Shown piece after piece: positions 50,356 to 61,329 of a stretch of DNA of 64,000 bases. The DNA comes from an uncultured Methanomassiliicoccales archaeon (lineage in GTDB: Archaea; Thermoplasmatota; Thermoplasmata; Methanomassiliicoccales; UBA472): contig OY968769.1 of NCBI GenBank assembly GCA_963695345.1, forward strand, positions 2,115,649 through 2,179,648. Reading direction: 5' to 3'. The notes beneath the pieces were generated by a model, which saw only the letters and a list, made by a program, of their open reading frames with translations, had not been told where the DNA came from and did no database searches. Position 1 is the first letter of the stretch; each line of letters starts with the position of its first letter. The position numbers and the translations under genes are program-made.

Positions 50356-52272
50356 TCAGAAGTAATACCATATGCTCCGGTAGTCGTCCAGTTCCTCTCC
50401 CCTATCCCTCAATCTCAAGAGGTAGTCTAGTATCGGGACGTCGGCATAGACGTAGGTAGGCGCGTTGCTGATGTTCTTCTCCCATGGGTGGAACTCGTAG
50501 ATGCGTTCCCCATGGGGAGAGATGGCGATCAGGTCATGATGCTGCCAGGAACGCAGGTAGTTCTTGCCCAGGGCGGGAATGTTGAAGACCGGTTCATCCG
50601 TCCTCGACAGGCCCGGGAGCATCCTGGCCTCTTCCTTCCTTTCCTGCAGTATCCTGGCGATGGGCACCCGGTACCAGTTGGTCTCCTTCTTGCCCTTGGT
50701 GTTGAACGTATAGTAGGGGTCCACCCCGATCTGCTTGAGCAGCAATCTCAGGGCGGACGTCTCGAACTTTCTGCTGTTCTCCATGGTGAACACCTGCTGG
50801 TTGTAGACGCCGATGCCCTGCATCCTCAGCTTCTGGATCGCCTTGACCATCTCCGGGGTCACCTCGTAGGTGTGTTCGACGTGGGTCACGATGCAGAGGT
50901 CCTTATCGGGCGGGGAATGGAATTTGCCGATGGCCGCCACCATCTCGTCGGTGAACCTCATGGGAAGGACCACCGGCAACCGGGTGCCTATCCTGATCCT
51001 CCTGACATGCTCGATCTCCGATAATCGCCGCAGGAGGTCGACAAGCACCTCGTCGCCCATCAGGGCCGGGTCCCCTCCCGTCACCAGGACCTCGGATACC
51101 ATGGGGTGGGACCTGAACCAGTCGAGCGCCTTGGATATGGAGTCGGGGGAGGCCATTGCCTTAGGGTCGGCTATGCCGCCTATCTCCCAGTTCCTTTGGC
51201 AATAGACGCATATCTGGGCGCAGGCGTTGAACGGTTTCAGGATGGCGATCATCGGATATCTCCTGGTCACCAGGTCCACCGGGGAGGTATGGCCTTCCTG
51301 CATGAAGTCAAGGTGCTTCGCCCCCATGGATTTCGTTTCCAGTATCCCGCTCACGTAGCTCAGGGGCGGGATGACCTGCGCCCTGACCGCATGATCGAAT
51401 CGGCGCGAGGCGTCCTGATCGAACAGGGACAGGTAATAGGGGGTGATCCCGAACGGCAGTCCATGCATGTTCGCCAGTTCGATGGCCGCGCCTTCCTCGT
51501 TGGAGAGGTTCACGATCTGTGAGATCGAGTGGGCATCCTTGAACACATTCCTCTGTTGCCATCGGTGGTCCTCCCAGTCCGATGGTTCCGCCCCTAGGCG
51601 TTCCAGTATCCGGTCCCGGTTCTCCTCCCTCATGGCCTTCACCTGTGGGTCAAGTCCGGATCGGTACGAGGCGATCCTTTTCATGCATTTCTCGGCCATT
51701 ATGTCTAGGTAGTCCGACCTGACGACGGCCCCTTCCCTGCCACCATAGCTGAGGAAGGCGGGGGCCGATTCACGGTAGATGTCGGAGAGGCCCAGGGACC
51801 CTTTGTCTATGTAATAGAAATCGGCGTATGCCGATCGGCGTTTCTCCCTTATCCTCCCGGGATGGTCCCGTATGATATCGACCAGTGTCTCCAGCGTGCT
51901 GACATGGGACACGACCTCGTTCCGCCGCGAGAACATGTTCTTCAGGACACCTATGCAGTTCATGGCGTTCGACCGTTCCAGGGTCTCTAGGTCGCAGGCG
52001 TCCGAGAACAGGAACATTTCCCTTTTATACAGGATCGAGAAGATGTTTTGCCTCACGGTTTCGAGACTCTCGGCTGATGAGAGCTCGCGGTACATCTCAG
52101 GGTCCAGTTTCCTCAGATGGTCCGAGTGCGTTATCTCGAGCGGGGAAACACCCCTGTTACCCGCCCTCACATCCTCTTCATAGCCTGTCCTACTGTCCAT
52201 TATGCTGATCGTTTCTTGACTGCTCATAATAACCCATCCTTTGCTGCGATAATGTCTCACCGACCCCCCCAT
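50356..52272 (-). CDS. KamA-family (lysine 2,3-aminomutase-like) radical SAM enzyme with long N-terminal extension
   Basis: The radical SAM cluster motif CAQICVYC (CX3CX2C, coding at about 51199-51222) and VLVTGGDPALM are present. The protein is 638 aa; an alternative start is ATG 52227. Confidence 0.7.
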   Translation of the reverse strand: MGGSVRHYRSKGWVIMSSQETISIMDSRTGYEEDVRAGNRGVSPLEITHSDHLRKLDPEMYRELSSAESLETVRQNIFSILYKREMFLFSDACDLETLERSNAMNCIGVLKNMFSRRNEVVSHVSTLETLVDIIRDHPGRIREKRRSAYADFYYIDKGSLGLSDIYRESAPAFLSYGGREGAVVRSDYLDIMAEKCMKRIASYRSGLDPQVKAMREENRDRILERLGAEPSDWEDHRWQQRNVFKDAHSISQIVNLSNEEGAAIELANMHGLPFGITPYYLSLFDQDASRRFDHAVRAQVIPPLSYVSGILETKSMGAKHLDFMQEGHTSPVDLVTRRYPMIAILKPFNACAQICVYCQRNWEIGGIADPKAMASPDSISKALDWFRSHPMVSEVLVTGGDPALMGDEVLVDLLRRLSEIEHVRRIRIGTRLPVVLPMRFTDEMVAAIGKFHSPPDKDLCIVTHVEHTYEVTPEMVKAIQKLRMQGIGVYNQQVFTMENSRKFETSALRLLLKQIGVDPYYTFNTKGKKETNWYRVPIARILQERKEEARMLPGLSRTDEPVFNIPALGKNYLRSWQHHDLIAISPHGERIYEFHPWEKNISNAPTYVYADVPILDYLLRLRDRGEELDDYRSIWYYF

Positions 52273-52939
52273 TTTGAGCAGAAGCGGGTACCGGTGAAAG
52301 TATCAGAATTAATACGTTTTCAATGCTATTTACACTCTTGCATCACAGGGGAAATATTTCACCATCTGGATGCCAATATTTTGCATACTTTTTTTGCATA
52401 ATATTTAGGTATCTCGATGCATCGTTTTTCATCAAACTATCAATGCCGATACTTCATTCGAATTAACGTTTTATTATTTATAGTAGAGTATTTTTTATCG
52501 AGAAACCCTTCTTTCGGTTAATAAGATGCCCACTCTGTAGGTCAACGAAAGCGGTCACCAATGATGGAGGAGCGTGATCGATCCCCTGATCGGATGGGCG
52601 GTAGGACACGGCCGTCGATCAGATGAACATGCAAGCAGACTGGGAGCCGACATCGCCCTCTCCGATGCCGGAAGCTTCCGAGTCCCGAGAAACGGTGCCC
52701 GATGTCTTGGGTCAGAATTCCAAGGGAAGGACACCTTAGGGTCAGACCCGCGTGGCAAGATGATCAAGAGTACCGAAATGGCCGAAGGCTGAGGCCCTCC
52801 CCTTAGCCTCCAATACACCGACTTGAAGCGACTGACCCTTGTTGCCTCATCCCCCCTCCAAGTAATCCGGAGCGATAACGATGGTGAAAAGGATTTAATC
52901 GCCCGGATTCCTTGAGGCATTCAAGGACAGGTCCTAGGG

Positions 52940-54805
52940 ATGACGAAAGACCGGCTCAAGGTCTACGGAAAAAAGGTCACCACGGCGGAAGACGCAGTCC
53001 GCTCCATAGGTCGGGGCAAGACCATATTCATCGGCACCGGGTGCGGGGAACCGCAGGCGCTGGTGATGGCGCTCATCGCCGAGTCCGAGAACCTGGGGGA
53101 CAATGAGATCGTCCAGACCCTGTCGCTTGGACTGATGCCTTACAACGAAGAACGGTTCAACGATCGTTTCCGCCTCAACGCATTCTTCATTGGGCCCAAT
53201 GTACGATACGCCGTCAATGACGGCAGGGCGGACTACACCCCGGTCAACCTGTCGCAGATCGAGAGGATGTTCGAATCCGGCAAGGTGGTCATCGACGTGG
53301 CGTTGATCCAGGTATCACCTCCCGACGCCAACGGGGACTGTTCATTGGGCGTTTCCGTGGACATTACCAAGTCGGCCGCCGAGAATGCCGACATGGTGAT
53401 CGCCCAGGTCAATCACAACATGCCCCGAACGCACGGGGATTCTCTCATCAACATATCCGAGATCGACCATGTGGTGGAGATCGATGAACCGATCTTCGAA
53501 TGGAGGCCAGAGCGGGAGGAGAAGATGGAGGTCCTTACCAAGCTGGGCAAATACCTGTCTGACCTGGTGCCGGATGGAGCCACGCTGCAGATCGGTTACG
53601 GTTCCACCCCGGACGCGGCCATCAAGTATCTGGCCAAGAAGAAGGACCTGGGCGTTCACACCGAACTGCTCTCGGATGGATTGGTCACTCTCATCGAATC
53701 CGGGGCGGTCAACGGTTCGAGAAAGACCCTGGACAGCGGCAAGGTGGTGGCATCCTTCGTCATGGGCACGCAGCGTGTCTACGATTTCATCAACGACAAT
53801 CCGATGGTCGAGATGCGCCAGTCGTCGTACACGAACGATCCGTGCATCATCGGAAGACAGGACAACATGATCTCGATCAATTCCGCGCTGCAGGTCGACC
53901 TCACCGGTCAGGTCTGCGCCGATCAGTTGGGAAACAAGTTCTTCTCCGGTCTGGGAGGCCATGTGGATTTCATGCGAGGGGCGGCACGTTCGAAGGGCGG
54001 AAAGCCGATCATCGCCATGCCGTCGACGGCCCGGGACGGGTCGGTGTCTCGCATAATGACCACCCTGGACCCGGGCTCGGCGGTCACCACCACCAGGGGC
54101 GATGTGCACTATATCGTGACCGAATACGGCATCGCCGAACTGCATGGCAAGAGCATCTCGCAGAGGGCGATCGCGCTCATATCGATAGCCCACCCGAAGT
54201 TCCGCCCACAGCTTCTGGCACATGCAAAATCGCTCGGTTATGTGTTCAAGGACGTCTCGGGAATGATGTTCACCGGAACGATCTACCCGGAGCAGTACGA
54301 GGCCGTCCTGATGATGAAAGGCGTCGAGGTCTACTTCCGCCCGGCAAAACTGACCGATGAGGCGATGATCAAGGAGATGTTCTACTCTCTATCCGAGGCG
54401 ACCATGTACCAGCGTTACATGGGGCCGAAGAAGCAGATGCCCCACAAGGAGATCCAGCGTCTCATCGACATCGACTACGAGGGGACCATGACGGTCATCG
54501 CCATGGAAAAGGACTCTGACCATTTCCACGTGATCGGCATGGCGTCCTACGACACGGACAAGGCCAGCAACACCGCCGAGGTGGCATTCGTGGTGGTCGA
54601 CCGCTGGCAGAACAAAGGCATAGGCATGCAGTTCATGGACATGCTGATCAAGATCGCCAAGGACAAAGGGGTGAGGGCATTCACTGCCGAACTGCTGTCG
54701 GAGAACTTCCGCATGCTCGACATGTTCTATCGCACCGGGCTCAAGGTCGAGGCGAGATTGGTCGAGGATACCTACATGGTCAACATGGACCTTTGGTCAA
54801 AGTGA
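52940..54805 (+). CDS. acetyl-CoA hydrolase/transferase domain fused to a Pat-type GNAT acetyltransferase domain
   Basis: FSGLGGHVDFMRGAARSKGGKPIIAMPST and TRGDVHYIVTEYG mark the CoA-transferase family. The C-terminal FRPAKLTDEAMIKEMFYSLSEATMYQRY, IDIDYEGTMTVIAM and VVDRWQNKGIG mark the GNAT domain. Confidence 0.75.
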   Translation: MTKDRLKVYGKKVTTAEDAVRSIGRGKTIFIGTGCGEPQALVMALIAESENLGDNEIVQTLSLGLMPYNEERFNDRFRLNAFFIGPNVRYAVNDGRADYTPVNLSQIERMFESGKVVIDVALIQVSPPDANGDCSLGVSVDITKSAAENADMVIAQVNHNMPRTHGDSLINISEIDHVVEIDEPIFEWRPEREEKMEVLTKLGKYLSDLVPDGATLQIGYGSTPDAAIKYLAKKKDLGVHTELLSDGLVTLIESGAVNGSRKTLDSGKVVASFVMGTQRVYDFINDNPMVEMRQSSYTNDPCIIGRQDNMISINSALQVDLTGQVCADQLGNKFFSGLGGHVDFMRGAARSKGGKPIIAMPSTARDGSVSRIMTTLDPGSAVTTTRGDVHYIVTEYGIAELHGKSISQRAIALISIAHPKFRPQLLAHAKSLGYVFKDVSGMMFTGTIYPEQYEAVLMMKGVEVYFRPAKLTDEAMIKEMFYSLSEATMYQRYMGPKKQMPHKEIQRLIDIDYEGTMTVIAMEKDSDHFHVIGMASYDTDKASNTAEVAFVVVDRWQNKGIGMQFMDMLIKIAKDKGVRAFTAELLSENFRMLDMFYRTGLKVEARLVEDTYMVNMDLWSK

Positions 54806-55045
54806 CCGTCGAAGGTTTTATAGCGGCCAGGAAGGGGTTCAAGGATTGATCTCAGGGGGACGTGTCGTCATCCATTTTCAGGAATCCTACAAGAAGTGTC
54901 TACAGATGGAAAAAACCTGGCGGAGGGGATGTCCCTCCTAATAGGTTTGGAAATTATTAGGGGGGCCAAAGGTGGTTCCTTCGGCGTCCCTCGCAGGACG
55001 AACCAATATTTCATAATTATTGGCTCATCCTACGGACTTTCGGAA

Positions 55046-57025
<1,980 letters not shown>

Positions 57026-57527
57026 CCCTTTTCCTCCGGGGTTAGGCCGCTTCCCTGGGGACTGTCAACTAAACAAATCCCTAATTCGAAAGCACGCCGA
57101 GCCCATTCAGGTCCACAGACATAATTAAATCTTTCGAGAACACCCGACGATAATTGACGAATTCATAAGATAATATGTGGTAATGCGTACGGTCAATACG
57201 GTATTCGTATCAATATCTTACAATCAGTTGTGCCTTCCGCATTATTGCATGGTTTTTCTGGGAACACCGCATATTTCATCGAACCACCGGCATTTTCATT
57301 GTCCGGTCGAGGCGCTCTGTATGACATGGTTATACTGATCAGACATGAGAGTGCCACGAAATATCTTGCTGATCGACTGACGATTGCAAACTTAACCTTG
57401 GAAATGACAAATATCGGCTGGCATGGTCCAAGATGGCTAAGAGCCCAGTAAGGAACATATCGGGGCGGCAATCCAGAGACAATTTCCGTTGCCGCACACA
57501 TCATGATCTGGAAAAGACGTGATCAAA

Positions 57528-57578
57528 GGGAGATAGCCCTTCCCGGATAAAGTTCGGGAAGGGAAAATGCATTCTCCC
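57528..57578 (-). terminator. nested hairpin downstream of the HTH regulator gene
   Basis: CCCTTCCCG (57537-57545) pairs with CGGGAAGGG (57555-57563), enclosed by GGGAGA (57528-57533) pairing with TCTCCC (57573-57578). In the transcription direction a TCTTTTCC run follows. The hairpin begins 22 nt after the stop codon. Confidence 0.35.
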
Positions 57579-57599
57579 TGATCAAACCCCACCCATCGC

Positions 57600-57962
57600 T
57601 CACGCAGGCTGCTTTGCCATCTCCAGGAATGCCGACATGTCTATATCATACGACGCGTCCTGGGTCGTACCGTCGATCATCTCGATCTTGGCCCTGATCT
57701 TGTTCCTTTCGAACACTATCTGGGCGTTCCTAACGTTCGACTTGTACATGCTGATCCTTTTCCCTGCCTGGGTAAGCCTTCTTTCCGCGCAGAACATCAG
57801 GCCAGAATCTTCTAGCAGCTTGATCTTGCGGTAGCAAGCGGCGATCGGTATTCCGAGCTTGTCACTGAGTTCGAATGCGCTTTTTGGCTTTCCCATTGTA
57901 GCAAGGAGTATCTTTGCAGAGTACTCCTCCGTCAATAACCTCGATGTTTCGAGAGCGTGCAT
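57600..57962 (-). CDS. winged-helix (ArsR/TrmB-like) transcription regulator
   Basis: SAFELSDKLGIPIAACYRKIKLLEDSGLM is an HTH with wing. Start taken at MHALETS; the ORF is open up to 58025. It is a paralogue of the disrupted gene at 6810-7314. Confidence 0.6.
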   Translation of the reverse strand: MHALETSRLLTEEYSAKILLATMGKPKSAFELSDKLGIPIAACYRKIKLLEDSGLMFCAERRLTQAGKRISMYKSNVRNAQIVFERNKIRAKIEMIDGTTQDASYDIDMSAFLEMAKQPA

Positions 57963-58355
57963 TTTCCGACACCTAGGGAAAGGACGCCATTTTTGGGTAT
58001 ATAATGCAAATTGGGCGGCTATCACTATTGATTTCAGTATTTTTAGGGTAGCCAGTAGGTGAAATTTTAATCAGAAGCAATCATTCCGGGATGTGAAATT
58101 AAATGATTCCGACTCTTGATAATGTTCCAATTATTGGATTTCATCGCCAATCGAGGTCCACTAATAGAAATAGATATTGAAGACAAGTTCGTTTTTCGGC
58201 CAACTACCGTTGCGCAGGCGATCTCATCGTTCTCATCGATTCGGATGTGTGGAATGAGTCACGGAAACGAGCATAATTGTTTTTATTCGTTTTCGGTTTC
58301 AATATTATATCACGTTTTGACGTATCGGCGTCAGGGAACCAGGGTCCTGAGGAAG

Positions 58356-60668
58356 ATGCCTGAGAACAAAGGGTCGAAATGGAAGGATAGGTCCGGCCTG
58401 GCCGTCGTTGGGGTTTGGATAACCCTGTTCATCTTACTGCTCCTGTTCAAGGTGAGGTCACCGGTCATCGATGACCCACAACTGCAATTCGCTCTGCACC
58501 TGGTGTTCATACTGGGAGTAGGGATCGTCATCGGGGCGTTATCATCAAAGAGCTATCTAGAATCAGGACCGCTGAACATTCTGTTCTTGGGGGCCTCCCT
58601 GCTCGTGTACGGCGTGGTCACGACGATCTCGGAGTTCATCCGGGCCACCGGTGGCACCAGCTATGCGGCGATCGGGAACCTGGGTGTTTTCCTGTCAACC
58701 TTCTTGATGTTTGGTGGCGCGGTCCTGACATTGTTGGGGACAATATCGTACAGACGATCCGACCGGAGGTTCATCCTGTCATCCCTCTACACGATTTCTG
58801 CCCTGGCCATTATCATAATCATCCTTATCGCCGAAGTGTTCGTGCGTCCCTATTTCCTCTCTCAAACCGATTCGTCGGCCCTGCGCCAAGGGATCCTGTT
58901 GGTAGCGTTTCTTTTCGTCCTTTTCAGCTGCGCTATCATCGGGAGGAGGTATATGCAGACAAGATCATCGGTCCTGTATTGGTTCGTGCTAGCCCTCGCC
59001 CTATTGGTGGTGGCCCTGATCAGTGCGGTTTTCTTCCAGCAGCAGGGCGACCCGATGTACTGGACCTCAAGAACGTCCCAGTATCTGTCCGGCATCTTCT
59101 TCCTGATAGCGATCCGCAGCGTAGTCACCGAAGAGGATACTGATGCCAGTCTGCCTGAGAAATACGGTGAGGCATTTGGGAGCGACATCGAGCAGACCGC
59201 CGTGCTGTTCAAGAACATGTTCAACTCCTTTGCTTTCCACCGGATCGTAACCGATAATGCCGGAAAACCGGTCGACTACATTTTTCTGGATGTGAATGAC
59301 GCATTCGAAAAAAGTACTGGAATCAAGAGGGAAGAGGCAATCGGAAGACGGGTGACCGAGGTCATCCCCGGCATAGCGAAGGACCCGACCGACTGGATAG
59401 GGATCTATGGACGGGTAGCTCTTCAAGGGGAATCGGTCCAATTCGAGAACCACGATCCGGCGTTCGGGAAATGGTTCCGGATATCGGCCTATAGCCCCAG
59501 GAAGCGGTATTTCATAACCATCTTCGATGACATCACCGAAAGGAGGGAAGCGGAATTCGCATTGCTCGAGAATGAGCAGCGCCTGCGCTCCCATGTCGAG
59601 AACACGCCCATGGCGGTCGTGGAATGGGACTCGGATTTCAAGGTCACCCGCTGGGCAGGCGAGGCCGAGAGCATCTTCGGCTGGTCCGCATCCGAGGCGG
59701 TCGGCAAACCGGTCATGGACCTGAACATGATCTATGAGCCAGACATTTCCATCGTTAACGCGACCATCGCCAAACTCACCGATGGGTTGAGCAAGAAGGT
59801 CGTCTCCACCAACAGGAATGTCACCAGGGACGGACGGATCATCACCTGCACCTGGTACAATTCGGCCCTTATGGACGAAAAGGGGAGGACGACGTCGGTC
59901 CTTTCAATGGTGCTTGATATCTCCGCCAGGGTCCAAGCCGAGAAGGAACTGAAGGACAACGCCGATCGGCTGGCAATAAGTAACGCGGAACTTCAGCAAT
60001 TCGCCTATGTCGCCTCGCATGACCTGCAGGAGCCTCTCAGGATGGTGGTCAGCTACCTTACGCTCCTGGAAAGGAAGTACAATGATGCTATGGAACCGAA
60101 TGCCCGGGAATACATTAAGAACGCCGTGGAGGGCGGGGAAAGGATGCGGGCGCTGATCGACGCCCTTCTCGCCTATTCACGTCTGGACACGAAGGGTGAG
60201 GAGTTCCAGAAGGTCGATATGGGCGAGGTGGTCGATAAGGTGATCATGAATCTCAAGGTCCTTATCGAAGAAACGAAATCTGAAATAGTCATCGTTCCCA
60301 TGCCAATCATAACAGCGGATGAATCACAGATGGTCCAGCTCTTGCAGAACCTGGTCGGTAATGCGATCAAGTTCCGGAAGGCGGAACGACCCAAGGTCCA
60401 CATATCCGCAGAGAGGAACGATGACATGTGGAAGTTCGCAGTGGCCGATAACGGAATAGGTCTGGATACCAGATACTCGGAGAGGGTCTTCCAGATGTTC
60501 CAAAGGCTGCACACCAAGGAGGAATACCCTGGTACCGGCGTGGGTCTGGCGGTCGCCAAGAAGATTGTGGAACACCATGGCGGGCGGATTTGGTTCGAGT
60601 CCGAGGCTGGCCAGGGTACAACGTTCTATTTCACTATCAATGCTATTGAGAGGAGTGTCCATGAATAG
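58356..60668 (+). CDS. membrane-bound PAS/PAS sensor histidine kinase
   Basis: An N-terminal region of about 250 aa is polytopic, followed by two PAS-like segments. The H-box is FAYVASHDLQEPLR, and GNAIKF, DNGIGL and GTGVGLAVAKK form the ATPase domain. Start taken at ATG 58356, after the AT-rich spacer. Confidence 0.8.
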   Translation: MPENKGSKWKDRSGLAVVGVWITLFILLLLFKVRSPVIDDPQLQFALHLVFILGVGIVIGALSSKSYLESGPLNILFLGASLLVYGVVTTISEFIRATGGTSYAAIGNLGVFLSTFLMFGGAVLTLLGTISYRRSDRRFILSSLYTISALAIIIIILIAEVFVRPYFLSQTDSSALRQGILLVAFLFVLFSCAIIGRRYMQTRSSVLYWFVLALALLVVALISAVFFQQQGDPMYWTSRTSQYLSGIFFLIAIRSVVTEEDTDASLPEKYGEAFGSDIEQTAVLFKNMFNSFAFHRIVTDNAGKPVDYIFLDVNDAFEKSTGIKREEAIGRRVTEVIPGIAKDPTDWIGIYGRVALQGESVQFENHDPAFGKWFRISAYSPRKRYFITIFDDITERREAEFALLENEQRLRSHVENTPMAVVEWDSDFKVTRWAGEAESIFGWSASEAVGKPVMDLNMIYEPDISIVNATIAKLTDGLSKKVVSTNRNVTRDGRIITCTWYNSALMDEKGRTTSVLSMVLDISARVQAEKELKDNADRLAISNAELQQFAYVASHDLQEPLRMVVSYLTLLERKYNDAMEPNAREYIKNAVEGGERMRALIDALLAYSRLDTKGEEFQKVDMGEVVDKVIMNLKVLIEETKSEIVIVPMPIITADESQMVQLLQNLVGNAIKFRKAERPKVHISAERNDDMWKFAVADNGIGLDTRYSERVFQMFQRLHTKEEYPGTGVGLAVAKKIVEHHGGRIWFESEAGQGTTFYFTINAIERSVHE

Positions 60669-61086
60669 GTCGATAGAGGTCCTGCTGATCGAGGACAATC
60701 CGGCCGACGCATATCTGGCATGTGAATACCTGAACGATACCGGCTTTGATGTTAGGGTGACAAAGCTCCAGGACGGGAAGGCGGCGATCGACTATTTTGA
60801 GGAGGTCCTTAGAGGCGTTCGGAATATGCCAGACCTCGTCCTGCTCGACCTGAACCTGCCCAAGCAGAATGGGCAGGAGGTGCTGGAGTTCATACGGCGC
60901 CATGATAATGCGGTCACCGTATTGATCTACAGCGGTTCCGCATCCCCGATGGACCGGCAAAGGGCGGAGACCAGCCAAGTCAATGGGTACCTGGTCAAGC
61001 CGATGACCGGAGAAGAGATGGACGAGGTCGTTTTCCAGCTCAAGAAGGTCCTGAAAGGCATAGATGGGCGTTTTGCCTCCTGCTAA
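60661..61086 (+). CDS. stand-alone response regulator receiver protein
   Basis: VLLIEDNPAD, LVLLDLNLP (the phospho-Asp) and YLVKP are receiver motifs. There is no output domain. The gene overlaps the kinase stop by 8 nt. Confidence 0.8.
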   Translation: MNRSIEVLLIEDNPADAYLACEYLNDTGFDVRVTKLQDGKAAIDYFEEVLRGVRNMPDLVLLDLNLPKQNGQEVLEFIRRHDNAVTVLIYSGSASPMDRQRAETSQVNGYLVKPMTGEEMDEVVFQLKKVLKGIDGRFASC

Positions 61087-61242
61087 CGGGAGTTGGACCC
61101 ACCAGATAGGCAGCCCTTGGTTGGGGGGTATGTCCTTGCATGTTTTTGAAATTCTAACAAATAGATTTAATTAATGGCCATGTTGATTCTTCACCATCGG
61201 GACACGCCCTAGGGAGGTGCATCGTATGGCATGTGGAAAATG

Positions 61243-61258
61243 CGCGCCAAAAGGCGCG
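61243..61258 (-). terminator. GC hairpin followed by a T-run downstream of the EamA gene
   Basis: On the minus strand the sequence reads CGCGCC-TTTT-GGCGCG followed by CATTTTCC, about 72 nt after the EamA stop. Confidence 0.3.
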
Positions 61259-61329
61259 GATAAGAAGAAGGATGAGAAGAAAAAGAAGTGATATCCTTTC
61301 TGATCCACAAACCGTTTCCACCTTTATGG

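Noticed and set aside
52576-52612. Resemblance of CCCCUGAUCGGAUGGGCGGUAGGA to the TPP-riboswitch CCUGAUCUGGAUAAUGCCAGCGUAGGGA segment. I also considered RNase P, SRP and cobalamin-riboswitch identities for 52555-52939.
   Set aside because: The obligatory CUGAGA element is missing. By eye there is no GGAAAGUCC / ACAGAA-GGCUUA (RNase P), no helix-8 GGAA/AGCA motif (SRP) and no GCCACUG B12 box. It cannot be called without covariance-model scoring.
52555-52920. 121-aa minus-strand ORF and 72-aa plus-strand ORF in the KamA / GNAT-fusion spacer.
   Set aside because: The composition is not protein-like (R/S/P-rich), no motif was recognised, and the region is densely self-complementary. It is treated as non-coding structured RNA or DNA instead.
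57193-57504. 103-aa ORF (minus) and 73-aa ORF (plus, 57230-57451) in the acs upstream spacer.
   Set aside because: No motifs are present, the composition is atypical compared with neighbouring genes, and the two overlap each other. Evidence for coding is insufficient.
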